Assembly: GCF_035594765.1 (NCBI RefSeq) | Contig: NC_085841.1 | Location: forward strand, 304,243,402-304,307,401 | Length of the DNA stretch: 64,000 nt | Reading direction: 5' to 3' | Source: Anolis carolinensis | Lineage: Eukaryota | Shown here: positions 13,201-25,400 of the stretch, piece after piece | Layout: each line of letters opens with the position of its first letter | Position numbering within the stretch: position 1 is the first letter of the stretch | Notes under the pieces: model-generated | Seen by the model: the letters and a program-made list of their open reading frames with translations, nothing else | What the model was told of the DNA's origin: nothing | Databases searched by the model: none | Translations under genes and position numbers: made by a program

Positions 13201-16200
13201 CACATTTGAAAGGATATTAAACTAAAAGGTGTCACTATCAATTTATTCCACAGCATTTTAGTACCTTAACTATGAAACACTCCAGTCCTACCTAAATACA
13301 ATTTAGACATGGGATAAAAAGTATTAAAGTCTTGTGGAAAAAGCTTTCAGACTGTAGTCCATTTCAAAGTTATGCCAACTAAAATTTGGTATGTTTTTTA
13401 AAGTTTCACAAGATTCTGCTGTTTTTGCTACAATAAACAACGGTAATATAGTTCTCCTCCTTGCAGCAATTTAAGGGATGCTGCTATTAGCCATATATAT
13501 AGAAGACCCAAAGGGGGCCATTTACAGAACCTGATCGATAGAATCTATTAAGACAAAGCTTCCTTTCTGAAATATGTGCTTCCATTAGATCATGTCCACA
13601 CATGCAATAGAATGAACTATACAGAGGGTAAAATTCACATTTTCATGCTTCTCACTCATAAAAAAGAAAAGAAAAACCACATGATCTGCAATTCTGCAAA
13701 TTCCACAACAATGTTCCTGATGTTTCATAATTTGTCAGAACTTGCAAAACTATTTCTCTTGCCTACAGAAAAACATTAAACACTGCTTCTCCATCCCTAA
13801 CTCTGCAACTTCTGCAATTTCATACATGTATAGACTAGTTCAGTGGTTCTCAACCTGTGGGTCCCCAGGTGTTTTGGCCTACAACTCCCATAAATCCCAG
13901 CCAGTTTACCAGCTGTTAGGAATTCTGGGAGTTGAAGGCCAAAACACCTGGGGACCCACAGGCTGAGAACCACTGGACTAGGTCATATTTTAGGATACAT
14001 AATTGAATATGATAAAATACTATCTAGTCTACACAAATTGGAAGATCTCTTGAGCTGAGAAATGAAACATATGAACAGTCCTGCATTAAAAATTCTTGCC
14101 AGTGTAGAATTGTTCATAATGTTTCAATTTTCAGTTCAAGATACAGTAGAGTCTCACTTATCCAACACTCGCTTATCCAACGTTCTGGATTATCCAACGC
14201 TTTTTTGTAGTCAATGTTTTCAATACATCGTGATATTTTGGTGCCAAGTTCGTAAATACAGTAATTTCTACATAGCATTACTGTGTATTGAACTACTTTT
14301 TCTGTCAAATTTGTGGTATAACATGATGTTTTGGTGCTTACTTTGTAAAATCATAACCTAATTTGATGTTTAATAGGCTTTTCCTTAATCCCTCCTAATT
14401 ATCCAACATATTTGTTTATCCAACATTCTGCCGGCCCGTTTATGTTAGATAAGTGAGACTCTACTGTATCATCCAATTTTAATACCTGAGGTGATCAACT
14501 GGTAATCATCAATAACGCAGATAAAGATCAGAAGCTGATTTATTTCCCGCTAACCTTCATCACCCATTTGGGCGATTTCATTTACATTTCACGATAGAAG
14601 GTATACTAATCTTACAGAAGACAGGTTGCAAATGATGCAAGACAAAAGGATCTACTACAATATGAATGTAGTCAAGATTTACCTTCACTTTAGGCAATAC
14701 AGTTTTAAAGTGATAAATAAATGAATAAGATTAATGTCCTTATAAATCTAAGTCCAGGTATGAAGACTGGATGAAGTTTTTTGTAACATTCACATTCAAT
14801 TGCTTTTACTTGTAAAATATTGTCCTATTAGTCACCTAGACTTCATTTCTAGAACATGGACTTGCCAATTGGGTTTTCTTGCTGACATTCTAGGTAAAAC
14901 AATATGGAAGAGAAATGCATGTTTTATCACATCAAACAAAGCAACTGAGCTACATGTAGGCAAGAGTTTGTAAATATGAAATAGAACATTGGAAATTAAA
15001 CTTTCTATCCTAGTGGTGGGGGAGATTATTTCTCACCTTTGCTCTGAGGAGGGTTTTGGCTCCTGTCCCGCAGGACATTAATTTCATAGACAGCACCATA
15101 CTGTTCAAATAGTTCTCGCAGGTCTTTTTCAGACCAACTCCGTGGGACCTGGCCCACAAACATCTTGATGGCATCTATGTCTGGTTGGTCAGGATGATCC
15201 AGTGTGCCATTCATTTTCTTTGAGCTGCATGAGTTAATGAGAAGCATGTGATAAATATCCTCCTTAGGTGTGTCCCATTTAATCGTTTCCCCAACATACA
15301 AAACAACTATAGAACGCCAATGTTGTTTAAAGTGCAACTTCCTGATCTATTTGTGTAGAAAAATCAAAATCCATTTTGTCTTCTGAAAACAAGGATTGGG
15401 GGAAGAACTTGCATGACAATCACTGCTTTTTTCAGCTGTATTTCTCCCTGAAAAGTTAGAACCTTAGAAAATGGAAGATTAAATAAACATTTATTGAAAA
15501 TGATGATGATCTGGGAACACATGAGACATTGGTGTACTTATCTAACCAAACAAGATACAATCATTCTCTAAGAGTGAATATATGGCCATGGTAAGTAAAA
15601 TTGAGCTAAATTAGGGCTCCAAAGAAATAAAAAAGGCATGTCAGCATGCTTAGTTGAAACTAAAGTTTGCAAACCTCCCCAAGCTTGCAAAAAAACAAAA
15701 ACAAAAAAACAAAAAAAACTAACTGTGTGCTTTAGGTAAAGAAGAAAAACAGAAATAAGGTGGGTGAAGAACTGAATGCTCTGGGTGAAGAGAATGTTAC
15801 TGAACTGAAACTCTCTCATGTAGGACTGGAGTGGGATCACCCTCCCTGCATTATATGCTACAGACAATGCTAGTGGAGTGGGAAATTTTTCAGTTTATTA
15901 TTCCCATCTTTTTGCGATTTCTTATAGACCTCTATCTTACTTGTATTCAAATCAGTTTCATAAGGTAAGGCCAATCTAAGAATTTGTTTACCAATGAAAA
16001 ACAGGTCTGGAAAACAGTAGCCTTGTTTCATTCCAGCAACCAACTGGGTTCAACCTACAATACTGTAAATGCATAGCAGATGAATATGTATGTATAGTGA
16101 AAATTTGACTGGTTAAGAAAAATAAGGTCAGTTGACTGGGCAAATAATAAACAATCAAATAATAGTTTTGAGTCACTGACTTCAATAAACGAACAGGAAA

Positions 16201-19200
16201 CAGCTTCAACAAGTTTGATATTCATGCTGATAACATAAACCAGTTAGTTAGCAGTGAGTTGAATGCAGGGAACTGGAATCTAGCAGAAGTTTCTCACTGA
16301 AGGAAGAGGACTAGCTATTTTGCAGATTCCTCTTCCTTCCCACATCCCTAGCTGCTCCAGTGCATTCCAAACTTTTGGATCAGCTTTTCAAAGGCCAGAG
16401 AGATGATAGTGGATAGTAGACATTCACATCAGGTCTGAAGTAAATAAATACATAGTTTATAGCATGAATGATTCAATAAACACTTAGACTTGGGATTTAA
16501 TCCTAGAACACCAGAGTCAAGCTTCAGTTGTATAATTAAAAATCCCAGTACCCATAATGGCATTTCTAATGTAGTGAAACACCTGACAATAGTGAAATAA
16601 TAAGTAGCTAACTGACCAGTATATCAAATCTATGGTTATTCACTGAATTTTTGGAGGAAGGGGAGGAGGCACTATTCAAAATGTAAAAACACAGACATCT
16701 AGGTTCTTCTACTTTGTCAAAATCTGTAGAACACAATCACTGCATTCTATTAAGAAGTTTCTCCCAACAAACTTGTTGTTTAAGCTCAAAATTCCTCCAA
16801 TGTGGAATCCTGCAAATGTTTCAAAATGCAATTTCTAGCAATCCCAACCACCATGGCTAATAACAGAAATGATAGAAATATTAGTGCTGACAACACCATA
16901 TTAGACAAGGTTTAGTTTTGTCTAAGGTCTTAAATATGAACATCTGAACAGCCAAGGTGGCCTATCAAAGCTTTCCTCTTGGCTGCCACTCTAAGCCTCT
17001 ATGGTAACCCAATGTCCACACAGAGCACATCTATATGGTTTCTTTCTTTAGAAACACCATAGAGGGTGGGAGGGTGGAGAAAGGAGAAATAGTTTTATTT
17101 ACAGCAGTGTGGTGTACATTATTCATCCCTCCTTTATATAATACCAAAAAAAACCCTAAAAAAGGATGTGTTATATTGCATTAGCAAAGGAATTGTATTG
17201 TACTGTTGCCATAATTTTACTTAATGTGAATTATCTTGAGAGCAAAGTTTACAGAAAAGTTATATACAATTATGAAAGTAATTCCAGTGAAACTACCAAT
17301 AATTTTAATGTTTTGAAAATCAAACTTGCTCCCACCAGAGCATTATTGGTCATACTTGGTCACAGGACACATAAATATTTCAATGAGAAAGCTACCTTTT
17401 ATCCTAATCCTTTCCTATATGGCCATTTCCAGGGGACAATATGATTGCCAATTCATAAACTCATTCCACATAACTGAAAATCATTTTGAAAAGGAATCAT
17501 AGGAACACCTGAACTGGTTTTACTCCCATGAAATCTTGAACTAGATGAGGTCTCGATGATTTAGATGGCCAGAATGGAAAGTAGTTTATCCCACTGAACT
17601 AATCTTAGAAAAATCTGAATTCCACTGAAATCAATGACACATACTTACATTATGGTGAACTCTTTGGGAATGTATGTGCTTTCAAGCTGCCTGTTGATTT
17701 ATGGTGATCCCATGTATTTTTTATAGAATGTTCTCAGGCAAGGAATACACAGAGGTGGCTTTGCCAGTTCCTTTCTCTGAAATATAGGCTACAGTACCTG
17801 GTTTTCACTGGCAGTCTCTCACCCAAATACTAACCAGGCTAACCCTGCTTAGCTTCTAAAATCAGACAGTATTTTGTGCCTTTGGAGCAGGGGTCCCCAA
17901 ACTAAGACCTGTGGGTCAGATGCAGCCATCAACAGTCTGGGGGAACATGAACCGACCCTCTGCTTAAAAAGTTTGAGTACCCTTGCTTTAGAGTATTGTT
18001 GTGAACATACAGTGAAAAAGAATCTTTTGATTCAAGAAGGAATTGCACTTTGAGATTTTCTGTCTTTCACAATTAATACTTTGATCAGATGTGTCCCAGA
18101 TATGCTGGATTACAGACTCATGCCCACAGCATTTAGGATCCCTAAATAGACATTAATTTGATGCCATCCTGTATCAAATTATAGTCATTTGGGTAGGTCT
18201 GTGCCATGCATATCGACAGTACAACACTACAATTTTCAACAGAAACTGATCTGCATAGTCTAATCAATTCTTATTACAGTGTTCCCTCACTACTCCGCGG
18301 TTCACTTTTCGCAAATTCGCTGTTTTTCAATAAATTCTAAAAGACTATTATAAATCATAAAAAATTACAATTTACAGCCTAAGAAAGGGAGGAAGGAGAA
18401 GCCAAAGGGAGAGAAAAGGAGCTCAAGCGGCAACGGCAGGAGAAGGAGGCGATTTATCAACACACAATTGGTTGATAAAGACTTAAAATAGTGTATAACT
18501 ACTAAAATGATGTATAAATATTAAAATAAATATAGTGTCCCTACTTTGCAGATTTTCACTTATTGCGGGTGGTCCTGGAACCTAACTCCAGCGATAAGTG
18601 AGGGAACACTGTACTCACATTTAAATGCTAAACAAGAGAAACTTTATGTGTTGCATTGAACTCATGAAGCTCTAAGATAATTATATTTTACATAAATCAC
18701 AATGGGATTTTTCTAGAGGAAAATGAAATACATATTAAATGCATTCCTCACACTTACCTGAAAACCAGTTCATTTAGATGTGGTTAATTATATAACAATA
18801 AACTATCAATGTCTGAAAGACTACACTAAATTTTCCTCTTGTGTTTAAACTACCTTAGGTTATCATCTCATACAGAGCATAAAATTAATTTAGTATGTGA
18901 AGCTTACTTGCTACAAATGTAATACTATAAAACTGTACAAGTGTCTGGGACACTCCTTTTTAGACTGCACAAACATGCAAATACCAGTGTAGTGTAGCTC
19001 TGAAACCAGTTCACTGTGGAACAGAGTTTGAGAGTGAATACAAAATATTTGCTACTGTACCCGAGGGAGATCCTACTCACAAAAAATAAGCTACAAGCAT
19101 CTTTCAGAATCTCTTTTACAAGTAAACTCTTGGGTTGAACATGCCTGTTTCAGTTATTTCCTTAATACAGAACATTAAAGAATCCCCACCACCCCACAAT

Positions 19201-19336
19201 CAAAATAAAACGAACAAATTCAAATCAGTATCATTGTAGATTAGCTATGAAAACAAAATACTTACATAGGGCTGGCATTCAAGGAGCAATGATCCACCAT
19301 CATTTCTGGGAGGAATTCCAACTTAAAAGCAGCCAT
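1015..19336 (-). CDS. CELF1: CUGBP Elav-like family member 1, partial (N-terminus, RRM1, RRM2, divergent domain; RRM3 exons outside window)
   Basis: complement(join(1015..1200,1357..1467,5330..5458,8307..8376,8998..9159,9853..9932,10092..10226,12774..12822,13055..13137,15037..15224,19266..19336)). All introns GT-AG with consistent phases. Translation [16 protein letters not shown]...[27 protein letters not shown]...AAGSQKEG matches vertebrate CELF1. Confidence 0.97.
1357..1467 (-). CDS. CELF1: CELF1 coding exon (GSSPSSS...VGSLAG); alternative NAGNAG start at 1470
   Basis: tagcag|GTT acceptor, GCAG|gtaag donor; 111 or 114 bp. Confidence 0.95.
2166..3578. mobile_element. Non-autonomous hAT-type element with mosaic interior
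   Basis: Termini CAGGG...CCCTG; 8-bp TSD attacagg/gttacagg. Interior has a ~118-bp GC-rich tandem repeat, mariner-MITE fragments and a Penelope fragment. Confidence 0.75.
2322..2700. repeat. GC-rich tandem repeat, ~118-bp unit, ~3.2 copies
   Basis: ggagccgaggcacggg-like motif recurs near 2322, 2440, 2556 and 2675. Confidence 0.85.
5330..5458 (-). CDS. CELF1: CELF1 coding exon ([18 protein letters not shown]...LTSS)
   Basis: ttcag|GG acceptor, CAG|gtaag donor; 129 bp. Confidence 0.95.
5658..5769. mobile_element. Miniature Penelope-like insertion with inverted end (perfect hairpin)
   Basis: 14-bp TSD acattacagcttct (5644-5657 and 5770-5783); 33-bp perfect inverted repeat; same terminus (ggccatgaaagccttcgacaac) as the other PLE copies. 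Confidence 0.8.
8307..8388 (-). CDS. CELF1: CELF1 coding exon ([LYLQ][23 protein letters not shown]); alternative start at 8376
   Basis: Two in-frame acceptors 12 nt apart (tctag|CTTTATTTACAG|CTC); donor GTG|gtaagt. Confidence 0.93.
8998..9159 (-). CDS. CELF1: CELF1 coding exon ([19 protein letters not shown]...PQYLA)
   Basis: ttcag|GGG acceptor, GCA|gtgagt donor; 162 bp. Confidence 0.95.
9853..9932 (-). CDS. CELF1: CELF1 coding exon (RRM2 RNP1, [14 protein letters not shown]...QTME)
   Basis: ttcag|GT acceptor, GAG|gtaag donor; 80 bp. Confidence 0.95.
10092..10226 (-). CDS. CELF1: CELF1 coding exon (RRM2, [15 protein letters not shown]...GLSR); alternative NAGNAG start at 10223
   Basis: tttag|CAG|TGG acceptors, GAG|gtaag donor. 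Confidence 0.95.
10968..11649. mobile_element. Tigger/pogo-like non-autonomous DNA transposon
   Basis: ta|CAGGCAGTCCCC...GGGTCTGCCTG|ta termini. Confidence 0.7.
11860..12375 (-). mobile_element. CR1 LINE, 5'-truncated
   Basis: ORF2 C-terminus ([34 protein letters not shown]) plus (GATTCTAT)n 3' microsatellite. Confidence 0.93.
12774..12822 (-). CDS. CELF1: CELF1 coding exon ([16 protein letters not shown])
   Basis: catag|ATG acceptor, ATG|gtaagt donor; 49 bp. Confidence 0.95.
13055..13137 (-). CDS. CELF1: CELF1 coding exon (RRM1 RNP1, [17 protein letters not shown]...LPG)
   Basis: tacag|GG acceptor, GGG|gtaag donor; 83 bp. Confidence 0.95.
13841..13975. mobile_element. hAT MITE (CAGTGGTTCTCAACC TIR)
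   Basis: Palindromic; 8-bp TSD gactagtt/gactaggt. Confidence 0.85.
14144..14466. mobile_element. Tc1/mariner-type MITE (CAGTAGAGTCTCACTTATC TIR)
   Basis: TIRs with TA TSD; sister copies at 20734-21057, 50151-50367 and 59136-59458. Confidence 0.88.
15037..15224 (-). CDS. CELF1: CELF1 exon with the canonical start (ATG at 15214; [10 protein letters not shown]...PPQSK)
   Basis: tgcag|CTCAAAGAAAATG acceptor, AAG|gtgag donor; 188 bp. Confidence 0.96.
17675..17870 (-). mobile_element. 5S rRNA-derived SINE (degenerate)
   Basis: Minus strand gtctgattttagaagctaagcagggttagcctggttagtatttgggtgagagactgcc resembles 5S rRNA boxes A-C, followed by a non-5S tail. Confidence 0.75.
18277..18611. mobile_element. 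Tigger-like MITE (CAGTGTTCCCTCACT TIR)
   Basis: TIRs with TA TSD; an inverted sister copy lies at ~60355-60698. Confidence 0.85.
19266..19336 (-). CDS. CELF1: CELF1 upstream alternative-start exon, coding part ([23 protein letters not shown])
   Basis: Donor AT|gtaagt splices in frame (AT+C = Ile, then SKK) to the 15224 exon. The peptide resembles the long-isoform N-terminus recalled for human CELF1. Acceptor uncertain (exon start 19429 or 19510). Confidence 0.88.
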
Positions 19337-20095
19337 CACTTCTCTGCTTACCACAAACCACTAATGCTAGATCACTGTCCTGTCGAACCAATTGAACACC
19401 ACCACTTAAGTTCAGCAGGTCTTAACACACTGATCCACACAAAAGACACTCAAACCACAAGGACACAAGCTTGGGGAGACCAGCAATAGACACCACAAAA
19501 ACAGGCTGGACTGGGAAAGGAACATGGGGACCAGGATTAAAAAGGGGATGTGACCATGTGAAGAGAAACTCAGCTCACTACACAATGAAAATGCTGATGC
19601 ACTGGGCTTGTTTTGTGCAATTTTCCCTGGCGAAGCAGTACTGTGTGCACTGTCAGATAAACAGAGTGTCAGATCCATGAAGATAGTTGTGTGCAACAGA
19701 GCAGAAGAAACACAAACTAGCTTCATAGCTTCCAATCAAATTCTCTACTCAAAAGGGGGTACAAGTACATGGAGCCTCAAATATTCCTTTAGGTAGAATA
19801 TTTTTGATAAACTAGGATCTTATTATAATTGAGTTGCTGATTTAGAACAACCTAATTGAAACTGTACAAGATGATTAAACCTTGGATCCAGAATAAGCTA
19901 GTTGGAACTGTACAAAACTTTTAAAATTTTGATGAAATTTGCCATTTGCATCTGTGCAAAACTTCAAACTTTGGAAGATTTAAGTCCAAAGGCACATCCA
20001 AGCTGAAAAGATGTTGTTCATCCCTCCCAAATTCACTTATGAAAGAAGCAATATAGTTCTAATGATTGCACTGTTGAACAAATCTGTGCAAATTA

Positions 20096-20643
20096 CCGTA
20101 TTTTTCGGTTTAAAAGACGCACCTGATGATAAGACGCACCTAGACCCACACGTTCTTGTTCTTGTGAAATGCCTCCAGCTTCCTCCGCCGGCCCGGGAGC
20201 AGCGTGTCTTCCCCGCTGGCGGACGCTTGCGGGGCGGGCATTTTCCCCGCCGAGGCCGCCGGCTGCTGTGGGGGCCGGTGGTTCATGCCTAGCCCTTCCT
20301 CCTCCTCCTCCTCCTCCTCCGCTGGCTTCCTGGCGATGGCGGCTGCTCGGCCTCGAGGGGGGAGGAGGAGAAGGCAGGCGCAGCGGCGGCGGCGACAAGC
20401 GAGGGGCGCCTCCCACCGCCAGCGCCTCCTGCGGGGCCTACTCTGAAAAATCCAGGCGGCGGCTCAGTCCCGGCCTGGCCTCTTCTGCCTCGGAGAGAAG
20501 GAGGAGGAGGAGGACGGCCCCTTCCCCCCGCTCGCTCTCAGTTCCCAGAGCCTTCTTCTTCATATTGCGTTTATAAGATGCACTGACTTTTCCCCTCTAT
20601 TTTGGGGGGGAAAAAAGTGCGTCTTATAAAACGAAAAATACGG
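20096..20643. mobile_element. Tc2/pogo-like non-autonomous element with CpG-rich interior
   Basis: ta|CCGTATTTTTCGGTTTAAAAGACGCAC...GTGCGTCTTATAAAACGAAAAATACGG|ta. Confidence 0.85.
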
Positions 20644-20733
20644 TAACCTTTCTGCATCTACCAGGTAGTGCTCACACAATTATTTTCTCCCTCCATCAGG
20701 TAGCAACTAAACTGAACAAACACTTCTTACAAA

Positions 20734-21057
20734 TAGAGTCTCACTTATCCAACCTAAACGGGCCAGAAGAAAGTTGGATAAGCGAAAATGTTGAATAATA
20801 AGGAATGATTAAGGAAAAGCCTATTAAACGTCAAATTGTTGTAATTTTACAAATTAAGCACCAAAACATCATGTTTTACAACAAATCAACAGAAAAAGCA
20901 GTTCAGTACATGGTAACGTTATGTAGTAATTACTGTATTTATAAATTTAGCACCAAAACATCCCAATGTATTGAAAACACTGACTACTAAAAGGTAAACT
21001 GCGTTGGATAATACAGAACGCTGGATAAGCGAAGGTTGGATAAGCGAGACTCTACTG
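20734..21057. mobile_element. Tc1/mariner-type MITE copy
   Basis: Reverse-complement sister of 14144-14466. Confidence 0.85.
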
Positions 21058-22135
21058 TATTTTCAAACACAAGAGATGTGTAACAAATTTTCAAGAAGTA
21101 AAAAGATACAAAAGTATTTAACAGAAAAGCCTTACTAGTAACAGGGACCTTAAACTTTCTCTGACTTTCCTAAGCCTCTGAAAGTGTGTGGGGGATTTAT
21201 TCTATTAGAATACATATCACTACAAGATGGTTTAGTTTTAAAACACTGAATGGTTAAGTTATTTTTATCTTATCAAGTTGACTAGTACCTTCAAGCTACT
21301 GATAATACAGCCCAACACACATTTTGGGGCCTCTAATGTTAGACCTATTATCGGTATATCTGACCTGCTGATTCCAAAAATGGCACCAGTTTTCCCTTAT
21401 AAACTCTAGTTTTTGAGATACAGAGCATATATGCCATATACCAGTCTTCGCAAATGCAATTTTTTGAACCAAATAACCTCAGGAACAGGCTTAAAAACCA
21501 TTTTTTTTGTTGGGCTGTGTAATTTTTATTATTCCTTCAAAGCAAATACTACCTCTTTGGAACACATTGATTTCTTTTAATTAAAACTTGCTTGTTCACC
21601 TATTAGCCTTTTACACTTTTAGTTTCTTTCTTCAATGTGCTCAATAGTATGTTGCTGTTTTAACAATAAATACTGGAGAAAAATGTACTCACAAATTATT
21701 TTCTTAGAGACCTATTTGGCTTTAACATTATAAAATCTAAGGTGTGAGCACCCTGTAGACATCCTAATCCTATTACCCCCCCCCCCCCCCCCCCTAATAT
21801 GGCCAATCATCATCTGGAAGGTAACAAGGTTCCGTTTCCTGCACTGTGTATGAGATGAGAGCAAAGTGCATGGTGCAGACAATATGGAAAGTGATAAAGA
21901 CTTTTCTAGAATCCAAGGTCCTTCAATGAGATATTACCATATGTGGTAATATCTACCAACATAAATGACTTTAAAGGAACTGAGACCAATCATAAAGAAT
22001 AAATCAATTATTTGTTAGTTTGTCATGAAAACAAGTATCTTCAGAATAAGAGACAAGATCTCTCTGAAATCACTGGGAAACAAGAGAAGGAGACAGCTAT
22101 TATTTATATGATATGCTAGTGGGCTTCAGATAGGT

Positions 22136-22414
22136 ACAGGCTATCCAAATAACCAAAATGCTTTGGACCAGAAGTCTTTTGTATTTTGGTTTTAATTTTT
22201 TTTCTAAAACTTGTATATACATAATGGCATGTCTTGGAGATGGGATCCAAGCCTAAACACAAAATTAATGTATGCTTCAGACCCTGAAAGCATTTTGTAC
22301 ACAATTTTTTTTAAAAAAAATTTGAGCATGAAACATGGTTTGTGTAGACTGAACCATCAGAAAGTAAAGATGTCACTATCTCAGACACCCATGGGAACAC
22401 TGATGCTCAACCTG
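22136..22414. mobile_element. Old Tigger-like MITE
   Basis: ta|CAGG...CCTG|ta termini, degraded. Confidence 0.45.
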
Positions 22415-25400
22415 TATTAGATGGGAATTTTGTGCCCTTAATAAAATTAAACCTATTTATAACTTTTCAAATTAAGATACTCTGGTGAAGGAGTCTTTTG
22501 TGAAATTGAAGTGCTACCTTTCTCAAACAGTGTCAATATTCTGAATGAATCTCAAAGTTCCAAACATAAGTACAACAGCTATGCAAAAAAAGTTGAAAGC
22601 CATATTAGACAGTAAAGCTCCAGTTATCTGACAAGCTTGTCTGAAATTCACATTGATTTCCTTTTTCACTCACACATTCCCACTTTTCTACAAAAGAATA
22701 TGGGTTAAGTGATATGCTGATGCCTATGCCATTCTTAACTGGAAAAACATACATTATCCACACAAATGAGAAACACTTACATTTTTGACAGTTCTAGAAA
22801 CAACTGATCAGCCTCTTAAAATAGATGATTAATGCCGTTTTTTTCTACCCTCTGATTGTTGCAGTATATGGTTTTCATTATATCTTGCTTGTCAGCTACC
22901 AAATTGATAAGAGGAGTTAAACTGTGTAGTGAGGGGAAAACTGTACCCAATACTCTTTTGCAGTGTGGAAAGGGGTCTGTCAACATGAGATAATGGCTTC
23001 TTGATTTAGCAGATACTACCAAGTTGCCATTCAAACACAGGAGTAAACACTTGTCTATGAGGTCTGGGCAGATCTGCACCATACCACTGCAATGCTCCTT
23101 TCACACTTCTATGATGCACACTAAGAATGCCCAGATGGTAGTAGCTTATGGGCCACTTCCCAACTCTACAGCAATTTTGCCAGAGCCATAGCAATCCTGC
23201 CAAATTTCAAACTTAGCAAATGGGTAGCACAATAGCAGATGAGAATCAAGTGAAGTGCACAGTGATTCCCCACCTGGAGCTAAAAGAAAAGAAAACACAT
23301 TTCACATATTTTGGCTGGATATGAGCCAGCTGAATTTATCCAGAGAAGAAATCTCTATAAATATATTCTTATATAAAGGATTAACAATGTATGGCATTCT
23401 CCGCATAAGACATGAGGGCCAATTGCCAAGATATTTTAAAAGACTCCACAAATTCACAGAAAACAGATCCATCAAGAAAACAGATTCACAATTAGTCATA
23501 ATAGTTAAACAACTTTTCCATGATCAAGGGAAAAAAGCATCAATGCTAAATGACACAGCCTAAATATACACAAAGAAAGCTGTTGTCTTGCCTTGCTTGA
23601 AATTTTCCCAAGAGGAATATGTTCATACTCGTATATTGGTGGGAAAAGAAAGCTGCAGTGGATTGTAGCAGAATTCTTAAAGGTGGAGAAAATAAGTTTC
23701 AAGACAGGGGAAATCAGGTACTGAAAACCCACTCATCTGTGAAACATACTGGGAACTCAGAGGAAGTCACTAAGTGGTCTAATCTGATTACAATAATCCA
23801 GAACCCTGGCTAAATGGAATAAATAACTGCACTGCTGGTTTATGGTGCCCTTCACTCAACAACTGCTTCTGTAAAACAGTCACCCTTCCAAATAACTACC
23901 CATTTAACATGCTCAGCCAAACCTATGGCTTGCTCAAATAATCTCAGGTGGACAAAAAAAAATTCAAAGTCACACATACAAATGCAAAGTATATGAAGCG
24001 AGACAGATTTTGGAAGACTGGACTTCCAGTTCACTCTAACAAGATGATGACAAGCATCAATGAGTTGAAACAGGAACATCGGAAAGTACTTTATGCTATG
24101 TCAAACCACCACTAGTCCATCTGGCATTGCATTATCAGCCATGACTGCAACAATTATCCAAGATTTCAGGTGTGATTTTCCTATCTTTACTTGGGGACTG
24201 AATCAGTGACCTTCTGCATGCAAAGCATGTGCTGTGTAATTGAACAATGTCCCTTTTTCTTAAGTTTAGATAGCTTAGACTAACTGGCTGAGACATTCTG
24301 TTTTCTTGGAGGAAAAACAAACTGACTGAGTGGACATTTAGATAACAACCCTAAATCCAATGCTATAGTGACAATATGACATCAGTGTGACACAGAGACA
24401 TACACACACAGTCCTTGATGAACACCCCCCCCCCCAAAGCTTCAAAGAGTTCCCTTAGCAGATTTAAGTGTGTAGTGCACTAGGGAGCGGAAATCACCAC
24501 CTACTGATTCCATTGACAGTGAATGCCACCTCCTTGTATTCTGATTGTTGTCACACAAAATTAAAATGGCAATCTTGATAAGTATATATACCCTTGATAG
24601 GCTAACTCACATGTCCCAAATCAATATCCAGGCTATTAACACATCCAGATCTCTTAGTTAGGCACACTTTGATGTTAAAGTTATGGTATCTGTATGGTCT
24701 GAGTTTCAAAATAAAATAAGGGAGCACCATGTCTGCAAACTTCTTCTTCTCCTTTACTTTAACAGTCTGATTACAAAGCTTTCATGATTACAATTTTTAA
24801 TTTACCCTCCTCTCAACCTGCCTTTTCCAACTTCTTTTCTGATGAATAAATAAAAGGTGAAGTTGAGTTGGTCAAATAATTTAAGATAAATATATTTCTT
24901 TTTAGCACATACACAAGTTGATTCAGATATAGGTTATGGTATATGGCTGAGTAACAGCTCAACATTAAAATGAAGTTTCACAGGTAATAAAATAAGACAA
25001 GTTGTCACTCTATGCCAGCTTTAGGAATGTCTGGTGCCAGATGGAAGGACCTAGGCAGTCTCCACAGGACAGAGCCCCCGCCTCCGTGTAATACGTCTGT
25101 GTCCTCAGTAGCAACCAAATCATTATAATAACAGTATAGCCACTTCCTGTTTGAAAAGAAAAGGACCCATCTGGGCCTAAAAGAATACAAGGCCTGCCCC
25201 AAACAGAAAAAAAATAGCCAACAGTAACTTGCAAAGGCTTTGAAAAAAAAAACCCAAGCCAAACAAATTTTGACCCGTCCCACTAAATTTTGAGCAGGTT
25301 CACAAAAATAGCTGTAGGGTTGCATTAGACCCATAGGCTTTATTTTCCTCAACAGTGTTCAAGGGAAAACCCCCTGCTGCTTCCACAGACTTCCAGGAGC

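Noticed and set aside
17786-17870. 5S rRNA gene
   Set aside because: Truncated, diverged and fused to a SINE tail; it is a 5S-derived SINE
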